Below the pieces are notes generated by a model that ran no database searches, was not told where the DNA came from, and saw only the letters and a list, made by a program, of their open reading frames with translations. Below, piece by piece: positions 19,559 through 28,437 of a stretch of DNA of 64,000 nucleotides (within the stretch, counting starts at the first letter, position 1; each line of letters starts with the position of its first letter). The position numbers and the translations under genes were made by a program. This DNA is from Candidatus Saccharimonadota bacterium (lineage in GTDB: Bacteria; Patescibacteriota; Saccharimonadia; Saccharimonadales; AWTP1-31): contig RXKC01000003.1 of the NCBI GenBank assembly GCA_003962975.1, positions 156,381 to 220,380 of the forward strand, in the 5' to 3' direction.

Positions 19559-20011
19559 TTATCCACAAGGTACGACGGTTGCTACTTCGTACACAGGTCG
19601 CTCATGATGAGTTTTTGCGTCTTGGTCATCTCGTATCTTGCCCTGAAACTCAACGCAAGTACCGAGCGCCAGTTCTTCAGGAGAAATCACTTCACCGTCC
19701 TGGTAAACGTCTCCGACCTTCATACGGTCAGTAAAGAATCCACTCGTATCGCAATCGCAGTTGTCATGAAATTCTTCGTCATTTCCTGTAACACCGAACC
19801 ATGAACCATCTGCGGCTCGACCGTCTGCCTGGTCAACCTGGTACACTCTGGCCCAGACCGACTGCCAGGTAGTATCTTCCACTGTGGCTCGGACTACGAA
19901 GTCGTTACCCTCGCCTTCATAGTTAGTGCAGCCGGCCATCGTTAAACTTCCCAGAGCCAAGCCAAATACCAGCAGGGCACGTCTTGGGGTTAGTCGTTCC
20001 ATACTTCGCAT
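19559..20011 (-). CDS. lipoprotein, Cys-rich, unknown function
   Basis: 150 aa. Signal peptide with lipobox LGSLTMAG-C. Paralogous signal region to the upstream gene. Confidence 0.7.
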   Translation of the reverse strand: MRSMERLTPRRALLVFGLALGSLTMAGCTNYEGEGNDFVVRATVEDTTWQSVWARVYQVDQADGRAADGSWFGVTGNDEEFHDNCDCDTSGFFTDRMKVGDVYQDGEVISPEELALGTCVEFQGKIRDDQDAKTHHERPVYEVATVVPCG

Positions 20012-20013
20012 GG

Positions 20014-20313
20014 TTACCGCCCCTGCAGTTCTTCTTCAAAAACTGCAGTGCCTTGAAAATCACAGGCCATAGCTAGCCAGGATTGGTGATATCCGTCCTC
20101 GGTAAAAACTTTGCAGCGTACTGGCTCACCATTCTCTGCGGTTACACCCGGCATGATGACTGTTTCTGCTTCCCCTACAATATCTTCTGCATAGGGGACC
20201 CCACCGTTCTCTGCGCAGCCTGCCATCGTAAGGGCGCCTAGCCCAAGTCCGACAGCCACGAGGGTGCCTCTAAGAAAGGGTCGAGGTAATACCTCGCCTG
20301 AGTTTTTAAACAT
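20014..20313 (-). CDS. small lipoprotein, unknown function
   Basis: 99 aa. Lipobox LGALTMAG-C. AAGGAGG SD 8 nt before the ATG. Confidence 0.7.
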   Translation of the reverse strand: MFKNSGEVLPRPFLRGTLVAVGLGLGALTMAGCAENGGVPYAEDIVGEAETVIMPGVTAENGEPVRCKVFTEDGYHQSWLAMACDFQGTAVFEEELQGR

Positions 20314-20320
20314 TACAAAA

Positions 20321-20394
20321 GCGCCTCCTTGGTCGCAAGAGATTAAGTTTATTCGCCTTAGTATGCGAATTGCTTAGTCACTGCAGGAGGCGCG
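20321..20394 (-). promoter_or_regulatory. SD-sequestering helix in the long 5' leader of the lipoprotein operon
   Basis: GCGCCTCC (minus-strand copy at 20387-20394) is perfectly complementary to GGAGGCGC (20321-20328), which contains the SD. A nested hairpin ATTCGC/GCGAAT lies at 20351-20370. Confidence 0.5.
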
Positions 20395-20586
20395 CGATTC
20401 GATTATCTTTTGATCGAGGCTACGACTGCCTTGGTTGGGCAAATGCTGTTTCGGTGTCCGCCATAGTCACTGGATGCTAACGGTGCGGGCAGAGTTCTGT
20501 GAACTCCATAACACTATTATAGTACATAACGTCAATATTGCAAATAACCATACGTTGTGTTCTCGCTAGCGTATACTTAAGAGCAT

Positions 20587-21801
20587 ATGTCAGAAGCGAC
20601 TATCCTTCGGTCAGTTGGCCGTCGTCTCACTCCTTTGTATATAGCAGCCTTCCTGCAAGGTTTTGTGTTTTGGTATACCGTTGAAAAAATCTTTATGCGT
20701 AGTATTGGCTTTGACGACCAAGGTATTGGCATCATGATCTCACTGTATTCAGCAGTCATGTTGTTGGTCGAAACTCCTTCGGGAATTTTGGCAGATCGTT
20801 GGAGTCGTAAAGGTGTACTCATATTGGCAAGTCTCTGCCTTGCCACCACTGCCCTGATTGGCGGCTTAAGTCACACACCGTTTAGTTATTATGTAGCCAG
20901 CGTTTTCTGGGGCATCTTCTTTGCCCTTTATTCCGGAACATACGATTCTATTGTCTACGACACGGCCCTAGAAGAAACCGGTTCAAGCTCGTTATTCGAC
21001 AAATTGTATGGTCGGATAAAAATTGCCGACAGCACTGCACTAGTAACTAGCTCACTAATTGGTGGAGTTATCGCCAACACACTTAGTGTTCGACATGTCT
21101 ACTTCCTTACCATACCCATGTCGCTGCTAGCGATTGTTGCCCTGTTAATTTTTCGTGAACCGCAACTTCATAAAGCTGAAGCACAATCACACATCCGTGA
21201 ACACCTGGTGAATACAGTCAAAGCCGTCATCCATAACAAAGCATTGGTGCCCATTATGCTTGCTTTGGTGACCATAAATACTATTCAGTACATTCTGTTT
21301 GAGTTTAGCCAGATATGGCTATTAGCCATCGTAGCGCCTCTAATTGCCTTCGGTCCGGCTAACGCGACAGTGATCGGATCAATTGGAGCCGGCGGCTTTA
21401 TTGTTGATCGTCTAAAGCTTAGCAAGTATTGGGTAATGGCGGCGGCCCTACTGATTGGGCTTGGTGGTCTATTTGGGATGATCCTAGCACGTAACATCGT
21501 AATGATTGTCCTGAGCCAATTCATATTAGGAACAGTTCTTATTGCTGCAATCGTCATATTTAATCGCTTGCTCCACGATAACCTCGGTTCATCGGTTCGT
21601 GCCGGCGCTGCCTCTGCAGTAAGCACTCTATGTCGAATCATCATTGTGCCGCTAGCAATTTTCTTTGGATACCTCAGTCGCGTCCACAGCATCTTTGCCG
21701 CTACCTGGGTACTGGTGGCATTTTATATACTGGGTGCAATCTTTATCATGGCGGTGGCAGCGCAGAAAAAGCGCACCGGCCTGATCGCAAACAAAAGCTA
21801 A
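20587..21801 (+). CDS. MFS transporter
   Basis: 404 aa with about 12 TM segments. GILADRWSRKG-type MFS loop motif. Confidence 0.8.
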   Translation: MSEATILRSVGRRLTPLYIAAFLQGFVFWYTVEKIFMRSIGFDDQGIGIMISLYSAVMLLVETPSGILADRWSRKGVLILASLCLATTALIGGLSHTPFSYYVASVFWGIFFALYSGTYDSIVYDTALEETGSSSLFDKLYGRIKIADSTALVTSSLIGGVIANTLSVRHVYFLTIPMSLLAIVALLIFREPQLHKAEAQSHIREHLVNTVKAVIHNKALVPIMLALVTINTIQYILFEFSQIWLLAIVAPLIAFGPANATVIGSIGAGGFIVDRLKLSKYWVMAAALLIGLGGLFGMILARNIVMIVLSQFILGTVLIAAIVIFNRLLHDNLGSSVRAGAASAVSTLCRIIIVPLAIFFGYLSRVHSIFAATWVLVAFYILGAIFIMAVAAQKKRTGLIANKS

Positions 21802-22397
21802 ATTAAGAATCGTTCTGGCAATTCTCCAGCAATTTCAAGTAAGTGTTTGTGGCGCTTTTCAAACGCAACTCGGGCTTCTGGCAAGGTAACTTTTTTATTC
21901 CAGTCTTTTTCTGACTTAGCTTTGTTCATGACCATAAGCTCTTCCATGGTTTTGCCAGGAAAAGTTTTGTCGGTTCCTTCGTGCCAAATAGTGAACATGA
22001 AGGGCCCAACCATATGAGAACAGCCATCTGCGGATGAGACTATCTGCACCTCAATAGGCGCCTTGTCTATATCGGTTTTACTGTCGAGTATTTCTATGTA
22101 GTCTGTAGCCTTCTGAGCAAACGACGGATCAAAACCAAGTTCAACCAGTTTCGGTGGACCAGCTTCGAGAGTCTTTGTATACTCGTTTGCAAAGTCCAGA
22201 ATCTTACCATAGTCGTGTAGCCACACCATCACCTCAACCAGATCAGGATCAGCTTGAGGATAGACCTCGAGTAGTTCTTTTGCGATCCGTTCGACGATTT
22301 CTAAATGCCACTGCACAAACCATTTGTGGTGCACAAAATCAGGGTTAGCAGCCTCGGCGCGAACGTGTTGCTTGAAGGCTGCTATGCGATTCTGCAT
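21798..22397 (-). CDS. HD-domain phosphohydrolase
   Basis: 199 aa. HKWFVQWHLEIV...VMVWLHDYGK (H...HD). The start overlaps the aspS stop by 1 nt (TAATG). Confidence 0.65.
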   Translation of the reverse strand: MQNRIAAFKQHVRAEAANPDFVHHKWFVQWHLEIVERIAKELLEVYPQADPDLVEVMVWLHDYGKILDFANEYTKTLEAGPPKLVELGFDPSFAQKATDYIEILDSKTDIDKAPIEVQIVSSADGCSHMVGPFMFTIWHEGTDKTFPGKTMEELMVMNKAKSEKDWNKKVTLPEARVAFEKRHKHLLEIAGELPERFLI

Positions 22398-23716
22398 TAC
22401 GGTGCGAGGCGGTTAATATCACGTGGGAAGAGGGTAGCCTCTTTAACGTTGGCTAGTCCAATAGTTTTCTGGACTAAACGATCGATACCAAACCCGCAGC
22501 CACCATGTTGTGGCAGGCCATACTTAAAGGCCTGCAGATAGTGTTTGAAGCCATCGTGCGTAACATCAAGTCCAGCGGCCTTCATTTGTGCCAGCATTGT
22601 TTCGTAGTTATTTTCACGAAGCGGGACGGTAGCAATTTCTAGACCGCGGAATAGCAGGTCTCCCCATAATACAGTGCCATCTTCCTTATCCATTTTGTGA
22701 TAGAACTTACCAGCAACCAGTGGGAAACGCACGGCATATACCAAATCGGTGCCGAGTTGCTTGCGAGCATACTCTGAAATCCAGCGTTCTTCGTCTGGCG
22801 TAAGGTCTTTCTCGTCAGTTACGTCTGTCTTGGTAGCTTTGGTGTACATCTCGTGAATCTCGGCGATGGTAAAGCGTGGGATCTTACCGTCAGCTGGTAG
22901 CTTCAGCTCAGGTGCATTCAATGACTTCAGGTCGTCAGCATGTTCTGCGTAGACTTGCTGCAGAGCGTACTGGGTCATATTGCCAACCATGTCGAGCACT
23001 TCATCGTGATCTTTTACAAAACCCATTTCGATATCGAGCATGGTGAGCTCGGTGATATGGCGGGTGGTTGCACTCGGTTCAGCTCGGTAGCTATGGCCAA
23101 TTTCATAGACGCGCTCAAACACGCCAACCATAATTTGTTTATAGAACTGTGGGCTCTGGGCTAATGTTGCTGTCTTGCCAAAATAGTCTAGCTGGAAAAC
23201 TTCTGCACCGCCTTCAGTAGCTTCGGCTAAAAGTTTTGGTGTGTCGATTTCGATGAATTCTTGTTTGTGCAAAAAGTCACGAATGTAGCGCGTTAGGCTA
23301 GCTCGGATCTTAAAGATCTTTTGTTCTTGCAGGTTGCGCAAGTTGAGCGGACGTAGTTCTGGATCAAAAAGCGTGTCCAGGTGTTCGCTTTTATGGCTGA
23401 TGGGCTTATCGATTTCAATAGGTGGTTCGTCAGTAACCGGTACAAGTACCGTGATTTCTGGATCGTGCAGCTCTGCACCACCAGGAGCTCGTTCATCCTT
23501 AAGGACGGTGCCCGTTATTTCTACGACAGAACCAATTTGCATGCCGCGGAGCTTTTCAACTTCTTCGCCCTTTTCTACCAACACCTGCGTCAGGCCGGTG
23601 CGATCGCGGACATTGATGAAGTTAAGTCCCCCGAGTAGGCGTTTTTTGTGTATCCACCCCTGAATAGTTACTTTTTTTTCTTTACTGGTTGCAACATCTT
23701 TAGCTAGTGTTCGCAT
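22397..23716 (-). CDS. aspS: aspartate-tRNA ligase, archaeal/eukaryotic-type class IIb (Asp vs Asn specificity and discrimination not resolvable here)
   Basis: 439 aa. N-terminal OB fold (VTIQGWIHKKRLLGGLNFINVRDRTG). Motif 2 YRAEPSATTRHITELTMLDIEM. Motif 3 GGCGFGIDRLV. Confidence 0.8.
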   Translation of the reverse strand: MRTLAKDVATSKEKKVTIQGWIHKKRLLGGLNFINVRDRTGLTQVLVEKGEEVEKLRGMQIGSVVEITGTVLKDERAPGGAELHDPEITVLVPVTDEPPIEIDKPISHKSEHLDTLFDPELRPLNLRNLQEQKIFKIRASLTRYIRDFLHKQEFIEIDTPKLLAEATEGGAEVFQLDYFGKTATLAQSPQFYKQIMVGVFERVYEIGHSYRAEPSATTRHITELTMLDIEMGFVKDHDEVLDMVGNMTQYALQQVYAEHADDLKSLNAPELKLPADGKIPRFTIAEIHEMYTKATKTDVTDEKDLTPDEERWISEYARKQLGTDLVYAVRFPLVAGKFYHKMDKEDGTVLWGDLLFRGLEIATVPLRENNYETMLAQMKAAGLDVTHDGFKHYLQAFKYGLPQHGGCGFGIDRLVQKTIGLANVKEATLFPRDINRLAP

Positions 23717-23894
23717 GAAATTCCTTTGATATTTGTAATTAGAGGGTTAATGATTGATCTGGTTATTTCAGGGTCGACTACGCAGCAAAAGTCACCGTGG
23801 CCATGCTGCCGACCCGGCTATTTGTGTCATTATTGCTGCTAAAACAGATCATACTAACGTTATTATACAATAATATCGCACGATAACCGAAGAT

Positions 23895-24989
23895 TTACTG
23901 ATCAGATTCGGTAGGCTTTTTAGCGTCGTCGATCTCTGGGTTAGATGCAGGTTTATCTGCTAGTGCTTCAGGGGCATGCGTATGTTGCTTGGCATCTTGC
24001 TTGGCCTGCAGTGCTGCCACTGCTCGCAAGTCTTCGTACTTATCAAACTCGTCAACGATTTGTTTACCAACCACCTGCTCTAGCACGTCCTCTATTGTAA
24101 TGATGCCCACGACCTCTTCAAAGCCGTTCACGACTACAAACAAGTGGTGCTTGGTTTTTAGAAATGCCTGCAAAGCATGCTGCAGCGGCTTTTCTTCGTT
24201 AACATAATAGACCGACTTTTTCATATGATCTTTAACCGTGCCGCCACCTTTGACATTCACCAAGTCTCGCAGGAATAGAGTGCCGACAATATGCTCTGCT
24301 TTATCACCAACTACAGGAAATCTTGAGAAGCCAGTTTTGTGTAGTTCTGTCATAAGCACTGGCCCGACAGCATCTGTTTGTTTGACTGTCTTTACCACTC
24401 TTCGGGGTGTCATAACATCACGAATAAGTTTGTCACTAAACGTTAGTGCACTCTTAACAATGCCTAGTTCATAAGCCGTCATGCGATTATCTGGTTGTTG
24501 CTGCTGCCGGTCGAGCAGCTCAACGAGGTCTTCTTTCTGATAGATACCGCTGTGTACCGTAAAGCGACGATGCTTCTGCACAAAGGCTGCCACTCGACTC
24601 AGCACTGGGTATGACTTAGCCATAATCCAAGCAAGACTTGGTGCTGCTTGTTGCGCTGCCTTTTGGCTAATCTCAGTCACGCGAGTACTGGGCAGCCAGG
24701 CAAAGGCGAGCCACAACACACCCGCACAGCCAAAAATTGCTAGCCAGTCTGGCAAAGCTGCAGCTAGCACGACGGTAAAGCCGGCTGCACTGAGAGCGAT
24801 AATCACCCAAAGCAAAACCTCTAGACTGGCCCCGTATGCAACCGCCCGATACAAGCCGTTGGCAAGTTCATCACCTTTTCGAGCCCGTCGTTTAAGTTCT
24901 TTAATGGGTACATGGCTGTAAGTTTTTTGTAACGATACGCTTGCAATTGTCAGCGCAGCCAATAGCAAGGCAAAAATAAACGTAATCAT
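23895..24989 (-). CDS. CNNM/DUF21 transmembrane domain + CBS-pair transporter (CorC/HlyC family)
   Basis: 364 aa. N-terminal DUF21-like TM region (SLQKTYSHVPIKELKRRARKGD) followed by a tandem CBS region (VMTPRRVV...ITIEDVLEQVVG). Confidence 0.8.
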   Translation of the reverse strand: MITFIFALLLAALTIASVSLQKTYSHVPIKELKRRARKGDELANGLYRAVAYGASLEVLLWVIIALSAAGFTVVLAAALPDWLAIFGCAGVLWLAFAWLPSTRVTEISQKAAQQAAPSLAWIMAKSYPVLSRVAAFVQKHRRFTVHSGIYQKEDLVELLDRQQQQPDNRMTAYELGIVKSALTFSDKLIRDVMTPRRVVKTVKQTDAVGPVLMTELHKTGFSRFPVVGDKAEHIVGTLFLRDLVNVKGGGTVKDHMKKSVYYVNEEKPLQHALQAFLKTKHHLFVVVNGFEEVVGIITIEDVLEQVVGKQIVDEFDKYEDLRAVAALQAKQDAKQHTHAPEALADKPASNPEIDDAKKPTESDQ

Positions 24990-24993
24990 AGAT

Positions 24994-25007
24994 CTATAGT
25001 ACTATAG
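24994..25007. promoter_or_regulatory. perfect 14-bp palindrome CTATAGTACTATAG in a 23-bp divergent intergenic region
   Basis: The sequence is self-complementary by direct reading. It places TACTAT 7 nt before ATG 25013 on the plus strand and 6 nt before ATG 24989 on the minus strand. Confidence 0.6.
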
Positions 25008-25012
25008 AGTGT

Positions 25013-25657
25013 ATGAGCAAGAGATTTATTATCATTCTACTAGTGTGTGTTCTTGGTATGGTCGGTGTGTATGCAGCAACTTCAAAAAAAGATGAAGGTG
25101 GCAATAATGGCGGTGGCGATACTAGCAAACTAAGCAACCACGTCTACGGCGAGAATAAAAAGAAGGTGAGCCTGGTTGAATACGGCGATTTTGAGTGTCC
25201 TGCTTGTGCCGCTTTCTTCCCTGTTGTGCAACAAGTGAAAGAAAAGTATAAGAACAATATTGAGTTCCAGTTCCGACACTTCCCTCTCAGCCAAATTCAC
25301 CAGAACGCGCGAGCTGCATCACGAGCAGCAGAGGCAGCCGGTAACCAAGGTAAGTTTTGGGAGATGCACGACATCCTATACGAACAACAAGACTCCTGGA
25401 AATCTAGCGGTAGTATCACCAGCCTATTTGAAGGCTATGCTACTCAGATTGGTCTGAAGCCAGATCAGTACAAGAAAGACTTTGCCAGCAGTGCTGTTAA
25501 CGAAGTCATCAATGCTGATTATGCTGAAGGTACCAAGCAGGGTGTAAGCTCTACCCCAACATTCTTTTTGCAAGGCAAGAAACTCGACAAAAACCCAACA
25601 ACTCTAGAAGAATTTTCAAAGCTTATCGACGAAGCTATCAAAAACGCTGGCCAGTAA
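25013..25657 (+). CDS. DsbA-family thiol:disulfide oxidoreductase, membrane anchored/secreted
   Basis: 214 aa. N-terminal hydrophobic anchor. Thioredoxin CxxC (FECPACAAF). Confidence 0.8.
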   Translation: MSKRFIIILLVCVLGMVGVYAATSKKDEGGNNGGGDTSKLSNHVYGENKKKVSLVEYGDFECPACAAFFPVVQQVKEKYKNNIEFQFRHFPLSQIHQNARAASRAAEAAGNQGKFWEMHDILYEQQDSWKSSGSITSLFEGYATQIGLKPDQYKKDFASSAVNEVINADYAEGTKQGVSSTPTFFLQGKKLDKNPTTLEEFSKLIDEAIKNAGQ

Positions 25658-25674
25658 TCTAGTACACTAGTGGC

Positions 25675-26592
25675 ATGGCGCTTACGTCTTTTGCTGATGT
25701 TACTCTGACCGGCTTTCCAGCCTTTGTAGTTTTGTTTGCGGTGTTTTATGGACCAGCTATTTTGCTGCTTATCATTGCAGCCAAGGCTATTCGTCGAGCA
25801 ATTCACCAACGAAATATGAAGCGAGGCACCATAGTTACCGAGTTCAAGCCGCCTCTTGATTTATCGCCAGCTGAACTTGGCTATCTGTATGACACCAAGC
25901 TACAGAAACATGAAATTGTGGCCACCTTACTCGACCTACAACAGCGGGGTTTTATCACTTTGAAACACGGCGATCTTGGGCTCGTCGCCGTAGCTAAAAA
26001 ACCACCTGCAGGCTTGAAAGATCATGAAGCGTACTTGGTACGAGTTATTAATACTGGTGTAGCGATTAACTACGCCTTCTTTAGCTACCACCGGGTTTTT
26101 GTAGAATCAAATGTACAAAATCTCCTCGTCAAACGTAGCTTTCTACATCAACCTAGTATTGGCCGTTACTTTCGGCGGGTTGCGGTACTTAACTTTATTG
26201 GTGCGCTCATCTTTCCCTGTTCATTGTTAGTGGTTTCTAGCTTAAAGTCTGAGGGTGTCAGCGTTGAGAATGTGGCCGCCCTTATAGCCACGTCAACATT
26301 GTTTGCAGGTGTTTTTGCAATGGTATTGTTTCCGTTCTATGGTGCTGTTAGCGTAGCGACCTTATGGTTGTATTCACGCATTGCTGGCAAAAGCTGGTTA
26401 CGTACAGATAAGCTGCGTAAAGAATGGCGAACTATCGAAGGGTACCGTCAATACGTTCATATGGTAGAAATTGATAACATCCAGTTTGAAACCACCGAAC
26501 TAAAAGAGCGTTCTCGAAACCACGCATTACCCTACGCAGTTGCGCTGGGTTTCTCGGTCGCCTGGAAATCACAGTTCGAGCCCAATAAATAG
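25675..26592 (+). CDS. membrane protein, DUF2207-like C-terminal region
   Basis: 305 aa. PPLDLSPAELGYLYD motif followed by several TM segments. Confidence 0.55.
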   Translation: MALTSFADVTLTGFPAFVVLFAVFYGPAILLLIIAAKAIRRAIHQRNMKRGTIVTEFKPPLDLSPAELGYLYDTKLQKHEIVATLLDLQQRGFITLKHGDLGLVAVAKKPPAGLKDHEAYLVRVINTGVAINYAFFSYHRVFVESNVQNLLVKRSFLHQPSIGRYFRRVAVLNFIGALIFPCSLLVVSSLKSEGVSVENVAALIATSTLFAGVFAMVLFPFYGAVSVATLWLYSRIAGKSWLRTDKLRKEWRTIEGYRQYVHMVEIDNIQFETTELKERSRNHALPYAVALGFSVAWKSQFEPNK

Positions 26593-26606
26593 TCACATCC
26601 TAGCAA

Positions 26607-27875
26607 TTAGCGACGGAGTTGTTCGAGGGTTTGCTGCCAGTTCATGCGCTGCTCAACTGCGGTCTGGGTCGCTGGGTCTGCTCGATGTGTCTGTACCTGG
26701 TATCCGCCCTGGCCAGCAATCACACCGAATGTGAACTTTGGACGAATCTTTTGTAGTTTTTGCTGTTGCGCTTTTTGCAGACAGTCGTCCTGAAAAACTT
26801 TGCATGATTTTCCAAGTTCTAACCAGGCTGCGCTATTTTGGTCGTACGCCACCTGCATGGAAACATCTATACTGGCGCTGCGTCGTTCTTCGGGCTGGAG
26901 TTGGTCAAAGATAAAATTACCTGTCGCATAGACAATAAGTTTGTCTTTATAAACCTCAGTGTTTTGTACCCAATGTGGATTGTTAGCAATCACAAAATCA
27001 GCACCCTCATCAATAATCGCTTTAGCTATGGTTTGCTGCTGCTGGCTCGCCGTTGCCTGATACTCGGCGCCCATTTCGACAAAAGCAAAAACTGGCATGG
27101 ACGCTGCGTACTGCCGCATGACTTCTAGCTCACCCTCGGCAGGTGGACGCATAAAGTAATGCCACCCACACAGTGCAGCAGGCAGCTGCGCCGGCTCTGC
27201 CTCTTTGTTCGACTTCGTAACTCGTACCGGCAAAGATACTACCTCGCATATATCGTCGGTGACTGCCGGGTCAAAGTTGCCAAAGTATTGCACACCGGCC
27301 TTTTGCAGATAATCGCGCGTCTCTTTTAGGCCAACGGCGCCGTTTTGATCACCAGTGTGATTATTAGCCAAACTAAAGATATCAAAATACTTGGTAGCCT
27401 CAGGTAGAAATTCTGGTCGACAGTTAAATAACAAATTGTCCACTTGCGTCCGGAACGGAACAACAGCATCAGTTATGGGACACTCAAAGCTCGTGAGCCA
27501 GGCATCATATTTGTCAGCCTCAAAGGTCGAAAGTTGGCCGAACGGCTGTGCGTAATCATAGCTGCCATCGCGGCGCCGACTCGTCTGTTCGATACCCCGT
27601 GACCACGTGGTTGTCCCATGCAGCAAGTATCGTCCATCGATATTTTTAGGCTCAGCTTGGACTGGTTTTTGAACTGCCACGGCAGCTGTAGACTTCGCTG
27701 CTTGTAGACGCTTGTGGTAATACAAACTGGTGGCACTGACCCCGACAATAGCGACAGTAAGTAAGCCTACTATCCATAGCCTTTTGTCACGTCGTTTCGG
27801 ATATACCGAATACTTACCCATAACCGTATTGTAATCTATGTCAATGCAGATTGGCAGGTCTCGCATGCCCGCCAA
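26607..27875 (-). CDS. CapA-family (PGA_cap) metallophosphoesterase-like envelope protein
   Basis: 422 aa. N-terminal TM anchor. FSLANNHTGDQNGAVGL motif typical of CapA. The start is uncertain: TTG 27875, ATG 27866 or ATG 27821. Confidence 0.7.
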   Translation of the reverse strand: MAGMRDLPICIDIDYNTVMGKYSVYPKRRDKRLWIVGLLTVAIVGVSATSLYYHKRLQAAKSTAAVAVQKPVQAEPKNIDGRYLLHGTTTWSRGIEQTSRRRDGSYDYAQPFGQLSTFEADKYDAWLTSFECPITDAVVPFRTQVDNLLFNCRPEFLPEATKYFDIFSLANNHTGDQNGAVGLKETRDYLQKAGVQYFGNFDPAVTDDICEVVSLPVRVTKSNKEAEPAQLPAALCGWHYFMRPPAEGELEVMRQYAASMPVFAFVEMGAEYQATASQQQQTIAKAIIDEGADFVIANNPHWVQNTEVYKDKLIVYATGNFIFDQLQPEERRSASIDVSMQVAYDQNSAAWLELGKSCKVFQDDCLQKAQQQKLQKIRPKFTFGVIAGQGGYQVQTHRADPATQTAVEQRMNWQQTLEQLRR

Positions 27876-28123
27876 TACCTTAGGGCAAAACGAGTAAACC
27901 TAGTACTGCAAAAACTGCGCCCAGCTTGGTCGCTTAACTTTAACTTCCACTATATATCCCCGACTTATTGTTTTTACTTTTATGCCCATTGTCCTATTCC
28001 TCACATGACACACTAAAAGGAGTCTCAAACCTTTTAGCATCTTTTTGATATTTTTGTTTTTCTATGTACGAGCGCGTTTGCACGTCTTCTCGCAAAGAAT
28101 GAATCGATTTTGCCATAAGCATG

Positions 28124-28152
28124 TTGCCCATGTCAACTACTTTTTGTATACT
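28124..28152 (+). promoter_or_regulatory. promoter candidate TTGCCC-N17-TATACT
   Basis: -35 box at 28124-28129 and -10 box at 28147-28152, 35 nt upstream of ATG 28188. Confidence 0.4.
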
Positions 28153-28187
28153 GTGCCTATTCACGTAAACAAACAAAAAGGGCAACT

Positions 28188-28424
28188 ATGGCAAAGAAAA
28201 CAGCAAAAAAAGCAGTTACTAAGAAGAAAACATCTGGCGCAAGCGACACAAACCGTTTGTTTGCTGCAGCAAGCATCTTATTTGGAGGCTGTGCAGTTAT
28301 TCTGATTGGTATCGTTCAGGGCAACAACGACATCAAACTTTTGTTGGTTGGGTTCGGAGCAGCTCTGTTAGTATTGGGCGGCGTGCTGGTGGGCATGTGT
28401 ACCAAACCACTTAAAAAACGCTAG
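28188..28424 (+). CDS. small two-TM membrane protein with Lys-rich N-terminus
   Basis: 78-aa ORF immediately upstream of the antiporter gene. Two clear hydrophobic segments. Confidence 0.5.
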   Translation: MAKKTAKKAVTKKKTSGASDTNRLFAAASILFGGCAVILIGIVQGNNDIKLLLVGFGAALLVLGGVLVGMCTKPLKKR

Positions 28425-28437
28425 GTAAAACCACCGT

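Noticed and set aside
19559-20011. Twin-arginine (Tat) signal in the 150-aa lipoprotein (LTPRRALLVF).
   Set aside because: Only RR plus hydrophobic residues are present. The fit to the S/T-R-R-x-F-L-K consensus is weak, and no tat genes are visible here, so the support is too thin to call.
23717-23894. T-box leader upstream of aspS.
   Set aside because: The only T-box-like word (AATTAGAGGGTT) is on the strand opposite to aspS. There is no GGUGGUACCGCG core, no antiterminator/terminator pair and no U-tract.
27994-28185. 63-aa minus-strand ORF in the 312-bp gap.
   Set aside because: It has no SD or -10 box in a suitable position. Its 5' part overlaps the predicted promoter of the 28188 gene. 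No family was recognised, so it is kept only as an alternative explanation in the findings.
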